Shown: piece after piece, positions 13,099-24,822 of the stretch | Numbering within the stretch: position 1 is the stretch's first letter | How the letters are laid out: every line of letters starts with the position of its first letter | Assembly: GCA_030390025.1 (NCBI GenBank) | Contig: CM059432.1 | Coordinates: 10,478,001 to 10,542,000, forward strand | DNA from: Squalus acanthias | Lineage: Eukaryota | Length of the DNA: 64,000 nt | Direction: 5' to 3' | The notes under the pieces: model-generated | The model's input: the letters and a program-made list of their open reading frames with translations, nothing else | What the model was told of the DNA's origin: nothing | Databases searched by the model: none | Translations under genes and position numbers: made by a program

Positions 13099-13364
13099 GC
13101 AGTTACCTCGCTGTTTCCGGTACTGGACTGGCATTAGCAATTTCTCCAGCGAGGAACGTTGTGGGGAAGCTGGTACCAGCGCCTTATATGCCTTTAATAG
13201 GCTTCCTCCCGAGTTTGCTCGTGACCCTTAGACTGGGAGCACGTTCCCCTTCTTTATCCCCTGCCCTTTACACCTGGATCACGTTCTCCCTCCCACCTAT
13301 CCCACCCCACCCCCCGATCGGGATCACATTTCAGAGTCATATCAAGGGGGGAGGCTGCTCAATG

Positions 13365-14155
13365 TGGAGACCTGTGAGGTGATGAATTTGGCAGAAGGAA
13401 CAGGGAGAGGCAATATACACTTAATGGCACAGTTTCAAAGAGTGTGCAGGGACAGAGGGACCTGGGAGTTAATGTGCATAGGTCCCTGAAGGTGGCAGGA
13501 CATATTGAGAGAGTGGTTAACAAAGCATATGGGATCTTGGGCTTCATAAATAGAGGTACTGAGTACAAAAGTAGAGAAGTTATGCTGAACCTTTATAAAG
13601 CGCTGGTTAGGCCACAACTGGAGTCCAGTTCTGGTCACCATACTTTAGGAAGGATGTGAAGGCCCTTGAGAGGGTGCAGAGGAGATTTACCAGGATGGTT
13701 CTGGGGATGGGGGATCTTAGCTAAAGGACAGGTTGGAGAAGCTGGATTTGTTTTCATTAGAGCAAAGGAGGTTGAGGGGTGATTTGATAGAGGTGTACAA
13801 GATTATGACGGGTTTGGATAGGCTAGACGGGGAAAGGCTGTTCCCACTAGTTGATGGTACAAGGACATGGGGACACGGATTTAAGGTGTTGGACAAGAGA
13901 TACAGGGGGGATGTGAGGGAAAACTTTTTTACGCAGCGAGTGGTGATGACCTGGAATTCGCTGCCGATGGAAGTGGTGGAAGCGGAGACACTCAATGTTT
14001 TCAAGGGGAGACTGGATAGGCACTTGAGGGAAATAAACTTGCAGGGCTACAGGGATAGAGCGGGGGAATGGGACTGACTGGATTGTTCTGCACAGAGCCG
14101 GCACAGACTCGATGGGCTGAATGGCCTCCTTCTGTGCCGTTATGACTCTATGACC
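13365..14155 (+). mobile_element. CR1 LINE 3' fragment
   Basis: ORFs 13444-13659 (QRDLGV) and 13733-14077 (LEQRRLRGDLIEVYK), then a (CTATGA)-type tail. Confidence 0.93.
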
Positions 14156-14364
14156 TCACTCTCCCAGCAGACGGGAGTTTTTACAGATCCCGCTGATTGT
14201 GAACCTGGAGTCACGCACGGCACACTATGAAGGGCACAAGTTGGTGCCGTCTTCCTGATGAGTATAGTGCTGGACAAATTAATTCAAGTTGGAAATGGAT
14301 CTCAAACAAATATTTAAGTTCATTTTAAAGTAACAATTATTTGCAATGATAGAAATGAGTACAT

Positions 14365-14985
14365 TTACAACCACAAGAACAATGTGCATTTATAACTCGC
14401 TTTTAACTTACCAAAAACGTGCCAAGCAATGTTCCCTCTAATTTTGGGGGGGGCGCGGCCCCTTTAACAGGCTGCACGGCCCATTCAAATTTCCACACAT
14501 GCGCGTTTTTTTCCATTTATAAGCCGGTGAGTGACCTCCACGGGACCTCCAGACCGCTGCACGGGACCTCCAGACTGCTGCACGGGACCTCCAGACCGCT
14601 GCACAGGACCTCCAGACCGCTGCACGGGACCTCCAGACCGCTGCACGGGACCTCCAGACCGCTGCACGGGACCTCCAGACCGCTGCACGGGACCTCCAGA
14701 CCGCTGCACAGCTGCGCGGCCGCACAGCTTAACGGGAGCATTGGCGCTCAACAAGAACAACATCAATGAAAACATTTTTTGACACCGAGCCACATAAGGG
14801 GATATCAGGGCAGCTGACCAAAAGCTCGGTCAAAGAGGTAGGTTTTAAGGAGCGTCTTAAAGGAGGAGAGAGAGAGGTGGAGCGGCGGACAGGTTTAGGG
14901 AGGGAATTCCAGAGCTTAGGGCCCAGGCGGCTGAAAGCACTGCCGCCGATGGTGGAACGATTAAAAACGGGGATGCGCAAGAGGG
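14365..14985 (-). mobile_element. L2 LINE 3' end, interrupted by a MITE
   Basis: ORF 14729-15007 IGGSAFSRLGPKLWNSLP, plus the tail homologous to 57062-57179. Confidence 0.8.
14427..14743. mobile_element. hAT-like MITE containing a 21-bp tandem array
   Basis: TIRs CAATGTTCCC / GGGAGCATTG. Eight copies of CACGGGACCTCCAGACCGCTG at 14539-14706. Confidence 0.7.
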
Positions 14986-15664
14986 GCAAAAGTTGAGACC
15001 GAGCCAAAAGAAGGCGATATTAGGACAGGTGACTAAATGCTTGATCAAAGAGGTAAGAGAGATATGTCAAAACAGCAGAAGAAGAGGCCAGAGGTTCTGG
15101 GAAGTTTAGGACAGATGGCGTGGAGTATTTCTTTACACAAAGAACGGAACGGGTTACCAAGAAGGTTGGTTGAGGCCAGAACTCTGGGCTGTTTTAATAA
15201 ACAGCTCGATTCTGTAACAGGAAGATGGTGGACTTGGTCTTCTGAAAGATGGGCCACAGGGTGCTTCTTCATCCGAGGCATCTGATGATTTTGTGATATA
15301 AATTTTATTCCCCAACTGCTCCTCGTGTTTCCTCAACTTTTCTAGCGGATCGGAGATACAGCTAGGCTGCCGTGAGTAACACCTTTTGGGTTTGGCTTTC
15401 GCTAACCCCTTTTAACAAGCAAGAGTTTTTTTTTAAATCAGTGTTTATTCTAAACCACCGATTTTCCCAGACATATTCCCAATACATTTCATTCTCAGAC
15501 ATCTGGATTCTATTTCTTTATTTCCCAGGAATTATAGCTCTTCAGTATCTGTGGGAAAATAGATTATCTCTGCATGTTTGTAGGTTTAAGGATCAAATGC
15601 AACGATTATGAGCATTGGAGATGGTCCTGTGGTACTTAAAGGAAAGTCACTCCAGGGTGCAGTT

Positions 15665-16070
15665 AGAATCACAGAATAGCACAGCACAGAAGGAGGCCAT
15701 TCGGCCCATCGAGTCTGCACCGGCTCTTTTGAAGAACAATCCAGTTAGTCCCACTTCCCCCCGCTCTTTCCCCATATCCCTGCAATTTTTTCTCCTTCAT
15801 GTATTTATCCGATTCCCTTTTGAAGGCTACTATTGAATCTGTATCCACCGCCCTATCAGGCAGTGCATTCCAATTCCCAACCACTCGTTGCGTAAAAAGG
15901 TTTTTCCTCATGTCGCCTCTGTTTCTTTTGCCAATCACCTTAAATCGGTGCCCTCTTATTATCGATCCTTCAGCCATTGGAAACAGTTTCTCTTTATTTA
16001 CTCTATCTAAACCCGCCATGATTTCAAACACCTCTACCAAATCTCCTCTCAGCCTTCTCTGCTCCAAGGA
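15665..16070 (-). mobile_element. CR1 LINE 3' end
   Basis: LEQRRLRGDLVEVFEIM...RKNLFTQRVVGNWNALP within ORF 15669-16256. Confidence 0.92.
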
Positions 16071-16084
16071 GTTATTCGAGTCTA

Positions 16085-16650
16085 GGGCCTGTATTTTAAC
16101 TGCTGGCGGCTTTCCTGCGGGGAGCCAGTTAATTTCCCGCCCACCCATGACTGAATGAGACCCAACCGATTTTAATGGCCGGGCCGTGTTAAAACCCTGC
16201 CATTCCAGGTGAGAAGTCAGCGGGAAGCGGAGGAACATCACACGGCCCACCGACACCAGGCAGGTGGCAGGATCAGCTTCGGCGATTGCCTTGCGGGCGC
16301 GGTCTCGCTTTCGGGAACCGGGGAGGGGAGTTGAGGGGAGGGGTGTCCTCAGCGGGGATGGCCTGAGCTTTCCTTGTGAAGCTCAAGAGGACCACTCCTG
16401 CTCCTCCCGGCCCCACAAAGAAAGAAAAACTTACCTTGTTTGAACCTCTTCTGGACCCGGCTCCTCTTCGCCACTGTCTTCCCCTGGCAAGAAAGCCGTG
16501 GCGACTTCCCGCGCAGGGCGTCCAGTTCAAATTGCGGTTGGGTCCCGATGACGCCTGGTCAGTGCAGCAGCTAAAACCTCTGAACGGACGGTTCCTCCCG
16601 TCCCCCCATGCATTACCTGGCATAACATCTCAATTGTTATAAAACCGCGA
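16085..16650. mobile_element. Harbinger-like MITE, degenerate
   Basis: Starts GGGCCTGTATTTTAAC. GC-rich body similar in layout to the MITE-like segments at ~38305 and ~30000. Confidence 0.45.
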
Positions 16651-17585
16651 ATCCTCCAACTCACTGTGAGCACCGCCATGGGAGATCTTCTGGGCCAGTG
16701 ACAAAAAGCACTGCCAACAGATACATTTCCCACGCTCTCCTGGCCGGCCTCCCACCTTGCTCCCTTCGTAAACTTGAACTCATCCAAAACTCTGCTGCCC
16801 GTCTCCTAACTCGTACCAGGTCCCGTTCACCCATCACCCCCTGTGCTCACCTCAACGCCTCGATTTTAAAATTCTCATCCTTGTTTTCAAATCCCTCCCT
16901 GTCTCTGTAATCTCCTCCAGCCCCACAACCCTCCAAGATCTCTGCCCTCCTCCAATTCTGGCCTCTTGCGCATCCCTGATTTTAATCGCTCCACCATTGG
17001 CAGCCGTGCCTTCAGTGGCCTGGGCGTTAAGCTCCAGAACTCCCTCCCTAAACCTCTCCGCCTCTCTACCTCTCCCTCCTCCTTTAAGACACTCCTTAAA
17101 ACCTACCTCTCTGACCAAGCTTTTGGTCATCTGTCCTAACATAAGAACATAAGACGTAGGAGCAGGAGTAGGTCATTTGGCCCCTCGAACCTGCTCCGCC
17201 ATTCAATAAGATCATGGCTGATCTGATCTTGGCCTCAACTCCACTTCCCTACCCGCTCCCCATAACACTTACCTTTCAAAAATCTGTCTGTCTTCACCTT
17301 AAATATATTCAATGACCCAGCCTCCACAGCTCTCTGGGGAAGAGAATTCCAAAGATTCACGACCCTCTGAGAGAAGAAATTCCTCTTCATTTCCGTTTTA
17401 AATGGGTGCCCCCTTATTCTGAAATTATGCCCCCTAGTTCTAGATTCCCCCACAAGGGGAAACATCCTCTCTGTATCTACCGTGTCAAGCCCCTTCAGGA
17501 TCCTATATGTTTCAATAAGATCCCTTCTCATTCTTCTAAACTCCAATGAGTATAGACCCAACCTGCTCAACCTTTCTTCATAAAG

Positions 17586-17805
17586 TGGACATGATGCGGA
17601 GATGCCGGTGTTGGACTGGGGTGGACAAATGTGAGAAGTCGCACAACACCAAGTTATAGTCCAACAGCTTTATTTGAAATCACAAGCTTTCGGAGCGCTG
17701 CTCCTTCGTCAGACTTCACCTGATGAAGGAGCAGCGCTCCGAAAGCTTGTGATTTCAAATAAAGCTGTTGGACTATAACCTGGTGTTGTGCGACTTCTCA
17801 CATTT
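17586..17805. mobile_element. Non-coding Penelope-derived hairpin element
   Basis: 86-bp inverted arms at 17627-17712 and 17720-17805 with a 7-nt spacer and an asymmetric tail shared with 22060-22093. TSD TTTCTTCATAAAG at 17573-85 and 17803-15. Confidence 0.9.
17716..17752 (+). ncRNA. Minimal type I hammerhead ribozyme motif
   Basis: TCAC-CTGATGA-A-GGAGC agc GCTCC-GAAA-GCTT-GTGA: both core boxes present, helix II 5 bp, helix I TCAC/GTGA. Confidence 0.82.
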
Positions 17806-20508
17806 CTTCATAAAGACAACCCTTTCATCTCCGGAATCAACCTCGTGAACCTTCTCTGAACTGCCTCCAATGCAAGTATATCCTTCCTTAAATAAGGAGA
17901 CCAAAACTGTACGCAGTACTCCAGGTGTGGTCTCACCAACGCCCTGTACAGTTGTAACAGGACTTCCCTACTTTTATACTCCATTCCCTTTGCAATAAAG
18001 GCCAACACTCCATTTGCCTTCCTAATTACTTGCTGTACCTGCATGCTAACTTTTTGTGATTCATGTAAAAGGACCCCCAGATCCCTTTGTACCTCAGCAT
18101 TCTGTAATCTCTCCCCATTTAATTAATAATTTGCTTTTTTATTTTTCCTACCAAAGTGGATAACCTCGCATTTTCCCACATTATACTCCATCTGCCAGAT
18201 TTTTGCCCACTCACTTAGCCTATCTATATCCCTTTGGATATTCTTTGTGTCCTCCACACAATTTGCTTTCCCACCTATCTTTGTATCATCAGCAAATTTG
18301 GCTATCCGAGTCATTAGTATAGATTGTAAATAGTTGAGGCCCCAGCACTGATCCCTGTGGCACCCCACTAGTTGGTTTGCCAACCTGAAAATGACCCATT
18401 AATCCCGACTCTCTGTTTTCTGTTAGTTAGCCAATCCTCTATCCATGCTAATATATTACACCCAACCCCGTGAGCTCTTATCTTGTGTAGTAACCTTTTA
18501 TGTGGCACCTTATCGAATGCCTTCTGGAAATCCAAATACACGATATCTACTGGTTCCTCTTTATCCACCCTACTCATTACATCCTCAAAGAACTCCAGCA
18601 AATTTGTCAAACATGATTTCTCTTTCATAAAACCATGCTGACTCTGTTTGACTATATTATGATTTTCTAAATGTCCTGCTATCACTTCCTTAATGATGGA
18701 CGCTATCATTTTCCCAACGACAGATGTTAGGCTAACTGGTCGATAGTTGCCTGCTTTCTGTCTCCCTCCTTTCTTAAATAGGGGCGTTACATTTACGGTT
18801 TTCCAGTCCGTTGGGACCTCTCCAGAATCCAGGGAATTTTGGTAGATTACAACCAATGCATCCACTATCTCTGCAGCCACCTCTTTTAAGACCCTAGGAT
18901 GCAGGCCATCGGGTCCAGGGGACTTGTCCACCTTTAGTCCCATTAGTTTGCCTAGTACTTTCTCTCTAGTGATAGTGATTGTTTTAAGTTCCCCCTCTCC
19001 CCCCCCCCCCCGGCCCAATAACCCCTTGATTATCCATTATTGGGATGCTTTTAGTGTCTTCTACCATGAAGACAGATACAAAATATTTGTTCAAAGTCTC
19101 TGCCATTTCCCTGTTTCCCATTATTAATTCCCCAGTCCCATCCTCTAAGGGACCAGCATTTACTTTAGCTACTCTCTTCCCTTTTATATACCTGTAGAAG
19201 CTCTTACTGTCTGTTTTTATATTTCTTACTAGCTTACTCTCAGAAGCTATCTTCTCTCTCTTTATCATTTTTTTAGTCGTCCTTTGCTGGTTTAATACAT
19301 GGTTCGGTGTCAGGTTTTGTCTGGTAACACTCCCATGCAGCGCCTTGGGACATTTTACTATGTTAAAGGTGCTATATAAATACAAGTTGTTGTTGTTGTT
19401 ACTGTGTAGAATGGCTAGTAATATCTCGCTTGGAGGTGGGAGAGATGAGATGGTAGCGTTATATATGTGGGAAAGAGAACGTGGTTCTGTTTTCCCTACA
19501 TTACAATAACAGTGACTACATTTATAAAGTATTCCATTGGCTACAAATCACTTTGGGACGACCGGAGGTCATGAAAGGTGCTTTGGAATGCAAGTTCCTT
19601 CTCCTTTATGAGCACAGAAAACAAAAATTATTCAGTTATCACCATCCTCTTCGAACTTAATCAGTCACAAGAGTCTTTACCATATTCATCATATTAACTT
19701 CACTTAGCAATCATTTAAATGTAGGTCCTCCTCTCCTATTGGCTTGACTTGCCTTGAAGTAATACTCTGAGTTCACATCGATAATGTTTAATATTTTATT
19801 TATCTCAATGTGGGTCTACCTTAAACTTCTCCCCCCTAGACTATAACCTTCTTTAATCTTTTCTCCCAACTCGTCCCTTGGGATCATTCCTGCGCTTCTC
19901 TCTATCCTCGCCAGCGTAACTATCCAAAGAGCCGGCACAGGCACAGTGGGCCGAATGGCCTCCTTCTGTGCTGTAAGATTCTATCCTCAACAACGTCTGC
20001 TCGCCCCCTTTCGAAGAGTGATTGACCAAAGCTGTAAATCATACCCCAGTGTGGTCTAAACGGTCTCCATTTGGACCTGACTTGGACTGAATATTAACAT
20101 TTTCCCCATCTGTATTATTAGCTTCAGAGAATTGAAATCTGAAGCTTCGGGGGCCAGTGACCAGGGGTTGCTGCATGTGTTTTTGGTTAATATGTACACA
20201 GCTCTAGCTTCCTTCACTTTGCAGTAATGCATTCAGGGAAGCTCCCACATCTGACGTTGTTGTTAATCTCATAGAACGATACTGCACAGAAGGAGGCCAT
20301 TCAGCCCGTCGTGCCTGTGCCGGCTCTTTGAAAGAGCCGTCCAATTTGTCCCGCTCCCCCCCCCCACCCCACCCCCTGCTCTTTCCCCCATAACCCCGCA
20401 AATTTCTCCCTCTTCAAGTATTTAGCTATATCTGATAGAACCACCACACTCCATGTAAAATGAGAAGTCGCACAACACCAGGTTATAGTCCAACAGATTT
20501 ATTTAATT

Positions 20509-20547
20509 TTACAAGCTTTCGAAGCAGTTCGCTCCTTCGTCAGGTAA
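20509..20547 (-). ncRNA. Minimal hammerhead ribozyme motif (left arm)
   Basis: Reverse complement of 21969-22007. Confidence 0.8.
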
Positions 20548-20757
20548 GTTAGCAATGAGAGAATCTCCCAGAATTCACAATTTAAACCCAGACAAATTCT
20601 ATTCACATTATTCCCTACAACAAAGAGCACAGCCAAGACAATGAGATGTGTCCCAGTGGGTACAACGTGTCAAACCACCTGCTGGCTGCATATCCTGTCA
20701 ATTTGTGTTCTTGTGTTTAAAAAAAAAACACCTGGGAAGACCGGCCATGATGTCAAG

Positions 20758-21257
20758 TCACGTTCTGTATCGTGACATGAACCCGATATCACGATTGAGG
20801 CCATCCTCATGAGTGGGGAACTTGGCTATCAGTTTCTGCTCTATGATTTTGCGCTGTCGTGTATCTCGAAGGCCGCCTTGGAGAACGCTTACCCGCAGAT
20901 CCGAGGCTGAATGCCCCTGGCTGCTGAAGTGTTCCCCGACTGGGAGGCAACCCTCCTGCCTGGCGATTGTTGCGCGGTGTCCGTTCATACGTTGTCTCAG
21001 TGTCTGCATGGTCTCGCCGATGTACCATGCTCTGGAGCATCCTTTACTGCAACGTATCAGGTAGACAACGTTGGCCGAGTCACATGAGTATGTACCGTGT
21101 ACCTGGTGGGTAGTGTCCTCACGTGTAATGATGGTATCTGTGTCCATGATTTGGCATGTCTTGCAGAGGTTGCTGTGGCAGGGTTGTGTGGTGTCTTGGT
21201 TGCTGTTCTCCTGAAAGATGGGTAATCTGCTGCGAACGATGGTACTTTTGAGGTTAG
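20758..21257 (-). CDS. Penelope GIY-YIG endonuclease, 5'-truncated ORF (left arm)
   Basis: Mirror of 21259-21758: NVVYLIRC..C...YIGET...LRQRMNGHR...E...GLN. Confidence 0.85.
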
Positions 21258-21758
21258 CCTAACCTCAAAAGTACCATCGTTCGCAGCAGATTACCCATCT
21301 TTCAGGAGAACAGCAACCAAGACACCACACAACCCTGCCACGGCAACCTCTGCAAGACATGCCAAATCATGGACACAGATACCATCATTACACGTGAGGA
21401 CACTACCCACCAGGTACACAGTACATACTCATGTGACTCGGCCAACGTTGTCTACCTGATACGTTGCAGTAAAGGATGCTCCAGAGCATGGTACATCGGC
21501 GAGACCATGCAGACACTGAGACAACGTATGAACGGACACCGCGCAACAATCGCCAGGCAGGAGGGTTGCCTCCCAGTCGGGGAACACTTCAGCAGCCAGG
21601 GACATTCAGCCTCGGATCTGCGGGTAAGCGTTCTCCAAGGCGGCCTTCGAGATACACGACAGCGCAAAATCATAGAGCAGAAACTGATAGCCAAGTTCCC
21701 CACTCATGAGGATGGCCTCAATCGCGATATCGGGTTCATGTCACGATACAGAACGTGA
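21258..21758 (+). CDS. Penelope linker plus GIY-YIG endonuclease, 5'-truncated ORF (right arm)
   Basis: Frame is open from the centre: PNLKSTIVRS...PCHGNLCKTCQI...NVVYLIRCSKGC...YIGET...RMNGHR...VGEHF...GLN, typical of the PLE endonuclease with Cys/His motifs. Confidence 0.88.
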   Translation, partial: PNLKSTIVRSRLPIFQENSNQDTTQPCHGNLCKTCQIMDTDTIITREDTTHQVHSTYSCDSANVVYLIRCSKGCSRAWYIGETMQTLRQRMNGHRATIARQEGCLPVGEHFSSQGHSASDLRVSVLQGGLRDTRQRKIIEQKLIAKFPTHEDGLNRDIGFMSRYRT

Positions 21759-21968
21759 CTTGACATCATGGCCGGTCTTCCCAGGTGTTTTTTTTTTAAA
21801 CACAAGAACACAAATTGACAGGATATGCAGCCAGCAGGTGGTTTGACACGTTGGACCCCCTGGGACACATCTCATTGTCTTGGCTGTGCTCTTTGTTGTA
21901 GGGAATAATGTGAATAGAATTTGTCTAGGTTTAAATTGTGAATTCTGGGAGATTCTCTCATTGCTAAC

Positions 21969-22007
21969 TTACCTGACGAAGGAGCGAACTGCTTCGAAAG
22001 CTTGTAA
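21969..22007 (+). ncRNA. Minimal hammerhead ribozyme motif in the PLE 3' terminal repeat
   Basis: TTAC-CTGACGA-A-GGAGC gaact GCTTC-GAAA-GCTT-GTAA. Helix I TTAC/GTAA covaries with TCAC/GTGA in other copies. AATAAA follows. Confidence 0.83.
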
Positions 22008-22509
22008 AATTAAATAAATCTGTTGGACTATAACCTGGTGTTGTGCGACTTCTCATTTTTGTCCACCCCAGTCCAACGCCGGCATCTCCACATCATGTAA
22101 AATGAGTTAGACCGGTGACTATCGTTCGCTTTTCAAAATGCATTCTGTCTGCTCAATTCACACCTCGGGGCCAAAAACCCCAAGTGTCTTTGGATCTGTT
22201 TGCGATGCTAGAGTAATTGGGAACCCTCATTAGATTTAGTGGCACAGACCTGGGAATTAGATTCCATTGATACGACAGCAATAAACACCCGCCTGTACCT
22301 GAGGCATCAGCAAAATTCCTCTCAGGGTTTCTTCCTGAATACTCCGTTGAATGGAATTACTACTGTTTCTGGAACACCTAGGACGTTTCACTGACATGGT
22401 ACAGTCAGAACGCACAGGTCACCAATAAGAGGTCAAAGTGACTCACGTTTTATTCACGTTGACTTTGTGGTTAAATTGCGATTTTCTCATTAGTTTGTAT
22501 TAAAAAAAA

Positions 22510-22963
22510 AAGAACCCTTGCATTTCTATAGCACCTTTCACAAGCTCCCAAAGCGCTTTACAGCCGATGAAGTACTTCTTTGAAGTGTAGTCACTGTTGT
22601 AATGTAGGAAACGCGGCAGCCAATTTGCGCACAGCAAGCTCTCACAAACAGCAATGTGGATAATGACCAGATAATCTGGTTTTTTAGTGATGTTGGTTGA
22701 GGGACAAATATTGGCCAGGACACTGGGGAGAACTCCCCTGCTCTTCTTCGAAACAGTGCCACGGGATCTGTTACATCCACCTGAGAGGACAGACGGGACC
22801 TCGGTTTAACGCCTCACCCGAAAGACGACAGTGCAGCACTCCCTCAGCACTGCACTGGAGTGCCAGCCTGGATTTTTGCAATCAAGTCGCTGGAGCGGGA
22901 CTTGAACCCACAAATGTTCTGGACTCAGAGGCGAGGGTGCTACCCACTGAGTCACGGCTGACA
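22510..22963 (-). mobile_element. Full-length Deu-domain SINE
   Basis: tRNA head to L2-like tail. Confidence 0.9.
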
Positions 22964-23209
22964 CGGCCATTTAATGCAACGTTGTTTATTCCATAACTGG
23001 ATTAATGAACGTTTAGGCATTTACGTGGGTCAAGTAGCTTGTTAGCTGCTCGGGAAGTGATGGAGGAATCATTACTACAGGTGTGCCGCGGTGGACCTTT
23101 TTGAATCCGTGCAAAAAAAAAAAAAACTCATTCTCAGGAATTGCACATTTCAAAACTGCACGTTTCATCGATAAAAACAGGAGATGCTGGAAAACACTCA
23201 GCCTTGCCT

Positions 23210-23526
23210 TGCCTTTATTCGCCGAGGCATAGAACATAAGAGCAGGGAGGTTATGCTTGAACTGTATAAAACACTAGTTAGGCCACAGCTAGAATACTGC
23301 GTGCAGTTCTGGTCATCACATTACAGGAAAGACATGATTGCACTAGAGGGGGTACAGAAGAGATTTACGAGGATGTTGCCGGGACTGGAGAATTTTAGCT
23401 AGGAGGAAAGATTGGATAGGCTGGGGTTGTTTTCTTTGGAACAGAGGAGGCTGAGGGGAAGATTTAATTGAGGTGTGTAAAGTTATGCGGGGCCTGGATA
23501 GAGTGGATAGGAAGGAACTGTTTCTC
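23210..23526 (+). mobile_element. CR1 LINE fragment
   Basis: ORF 23184-23402 LVRPQLEYCVQFWS. Confidence 0.9.
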
Positions 23527-24822
23527 TGTAAGACGTTTAAATTCACCCTTGTCCTTTAACCCGTTCAACAGTTTCCAAAGTCCAGACCCGTCGAACAGAC
23601 AACATAAAGCCCAAGGATTCAGGAATAAATTCCTTTATTTTAAAATCAGCAAGAGGTTACAAGTAAGCTCACACAAAACCGTTACATATAATACTCCCGA
23701 TTATATCTAAGCAGACGCAGATTTATTCCCTTACTTTAGGATCAAGCGATAATAAGCCAACACTACATACGTACTAACACCAGCGAGTGGTGGGTTCGGC
23801 GATAACTAGACGTACGACTTTAACTGGCAACTGACCAACTGACTGCAGCCCCGAGCGTCTTTTTCCAGCATCTTTTATACCTTAAAATTTGGCAAACCTC
23901 CCACAGCATACGTGTTCCCAATTGTGTGAATAATTGTCAATAGTTGTTTTTCTCTTCTTCTTATCAGTGGTCAATCAATCAGTCAGTGGGCCGCAAGGCC
24001 GATTACATTCCAAAGTCTGAGATTGTTCCTGTTTTCGCAACGCCTTAACAGTTCAATAGCTTCTTCTCCACAGAACTCTGAAGGTCTGTTTCCCTTATAT
24101 GTTAAAAGGCAGCTGGCAGCCTTTACATCTTATAACCGTAGCAGACTGTTCTACATTCCAGCAGAAAGTCTCTGTTCCTGTCCAAGTAGATCCCAGGGGT
24201 GCGGACCACCCCACCAGCCGTAGGAGATCCCAACTCCAACCGCCAGCCCACACCTCCCCCACTCCCAGCCCACACCCTCCCCCACTCCCAGCACCAGCCC
24301 ACACCTCCCCCACTCCCAGCCCACACCTCCCCCACCCCCAGCCCACACCCTCCCCCACTCCCAGCCCACACCCTCCCCCACTCCCAGCCCACACCTCCCC
24401 CACTCCCAGCACCAGCCCACACCCTCCCCCACTCCCAGCCCACACCCTCCCCCACTCCCAGCACCGGCCCACACCTCCCCCACTCCCAGCCCACACCTCC
24501 CCCACTCCCAGCACCAGCCCACACCTCCCCCACTCCCAGCCCACACCTCCCCCACTCCCAGCACCGGCCCACACCTCCCCCACTCCCAGCCCACACCTCC
24601 CCCACTCCCAGCACCAGCCCACACTTCCTTTAATGTGTCTAAAATTACAAAGCAGGTCTGACATATCCACCGAATTTTATCAACCGAGGAAAGCGTTGCC
24701 GTAGCAAACCAATCAGAAGAAACATTTCCAAAATATCAATATCTGATATACTTTATTTTCTTTTAATTAAATAAATCAAATTGAATTTTAATTTTAATTT
24801 TCTGTTTGTGACCCATTACTAC
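23527..24822 (-). mobile_element. Possible solo LTR containing a minisatellite
   Basis: Truncates a CR1 abruptly with TGTAAG and has a candidate end CTACA. Minus-strand AATAAA (~23633) and TATA-like (~23875) motifs. No TSD seen. Confidence 0.35.
24244..24623. repeat. C-rich minisatellite, 22-29 bp unit CCAGCCCACAC(C)CTCCCCCACTC(CCAGCA)
   Basis: Direct tandem array; it generates the Pro-rich and Gly/Trp-rich ORFs. Confidence 0.97.

Larger units (their letters stand above)
17140..19290 (-). mobile_element. CR1 LINE, ~2 kb of ORF2 (RT) with frameshifts
   Basis: ORFs 18368-19018 (KSPGPDG, NYRPVSLTS, YLDFQKAFDKV), 18123-18383 (FADD), 17808-18044 and 17235-17570. Confidence 0.96.
16735..19400 (+). 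mobile_element. L2 LINE 3' end split by a CR1 (L2 parts 16735-17140 and ~19295-19400)
   Basis: KLELIQNSAARLLT motif. The L2 tail resumes after the CR1 and ends GCTATATAAATACAAG(TTG)n. Confidence 0.85.
20457..22093. mobile_element. Penelope-like retroelement insertion in inverted (palindromic) configuration
   Basis: 801-bp arms at 20457-21257 and 21259-22059 around a 1-nt centre (21258), with a ~34-nt tail at 22060-22093. TSD CATGTAAAATGAG at 20452-64 and 22094-106. Confidence 0.95.

Noticed and set aside
14539..14706. CRISPR-like 21-bp repeats
   Set aside because: Head-to-tail tandem repeats with no unique spacers, no cas genes, and a vertebrate context.
20758..21758. Duplicated host GIY-YIG nuclease genes or homing endonucleases
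   Set aside because: The frame is open upstream of the ATG into a PLE linker and is cut at the palindrome centre. The TSD, tail and hammerhead indicate a retroelement fragment.
24095..24704. Pro-rich and Gly/Trp-rich ORFs
   Set aside because: Translation of a C-rich minisatellite on both strands.
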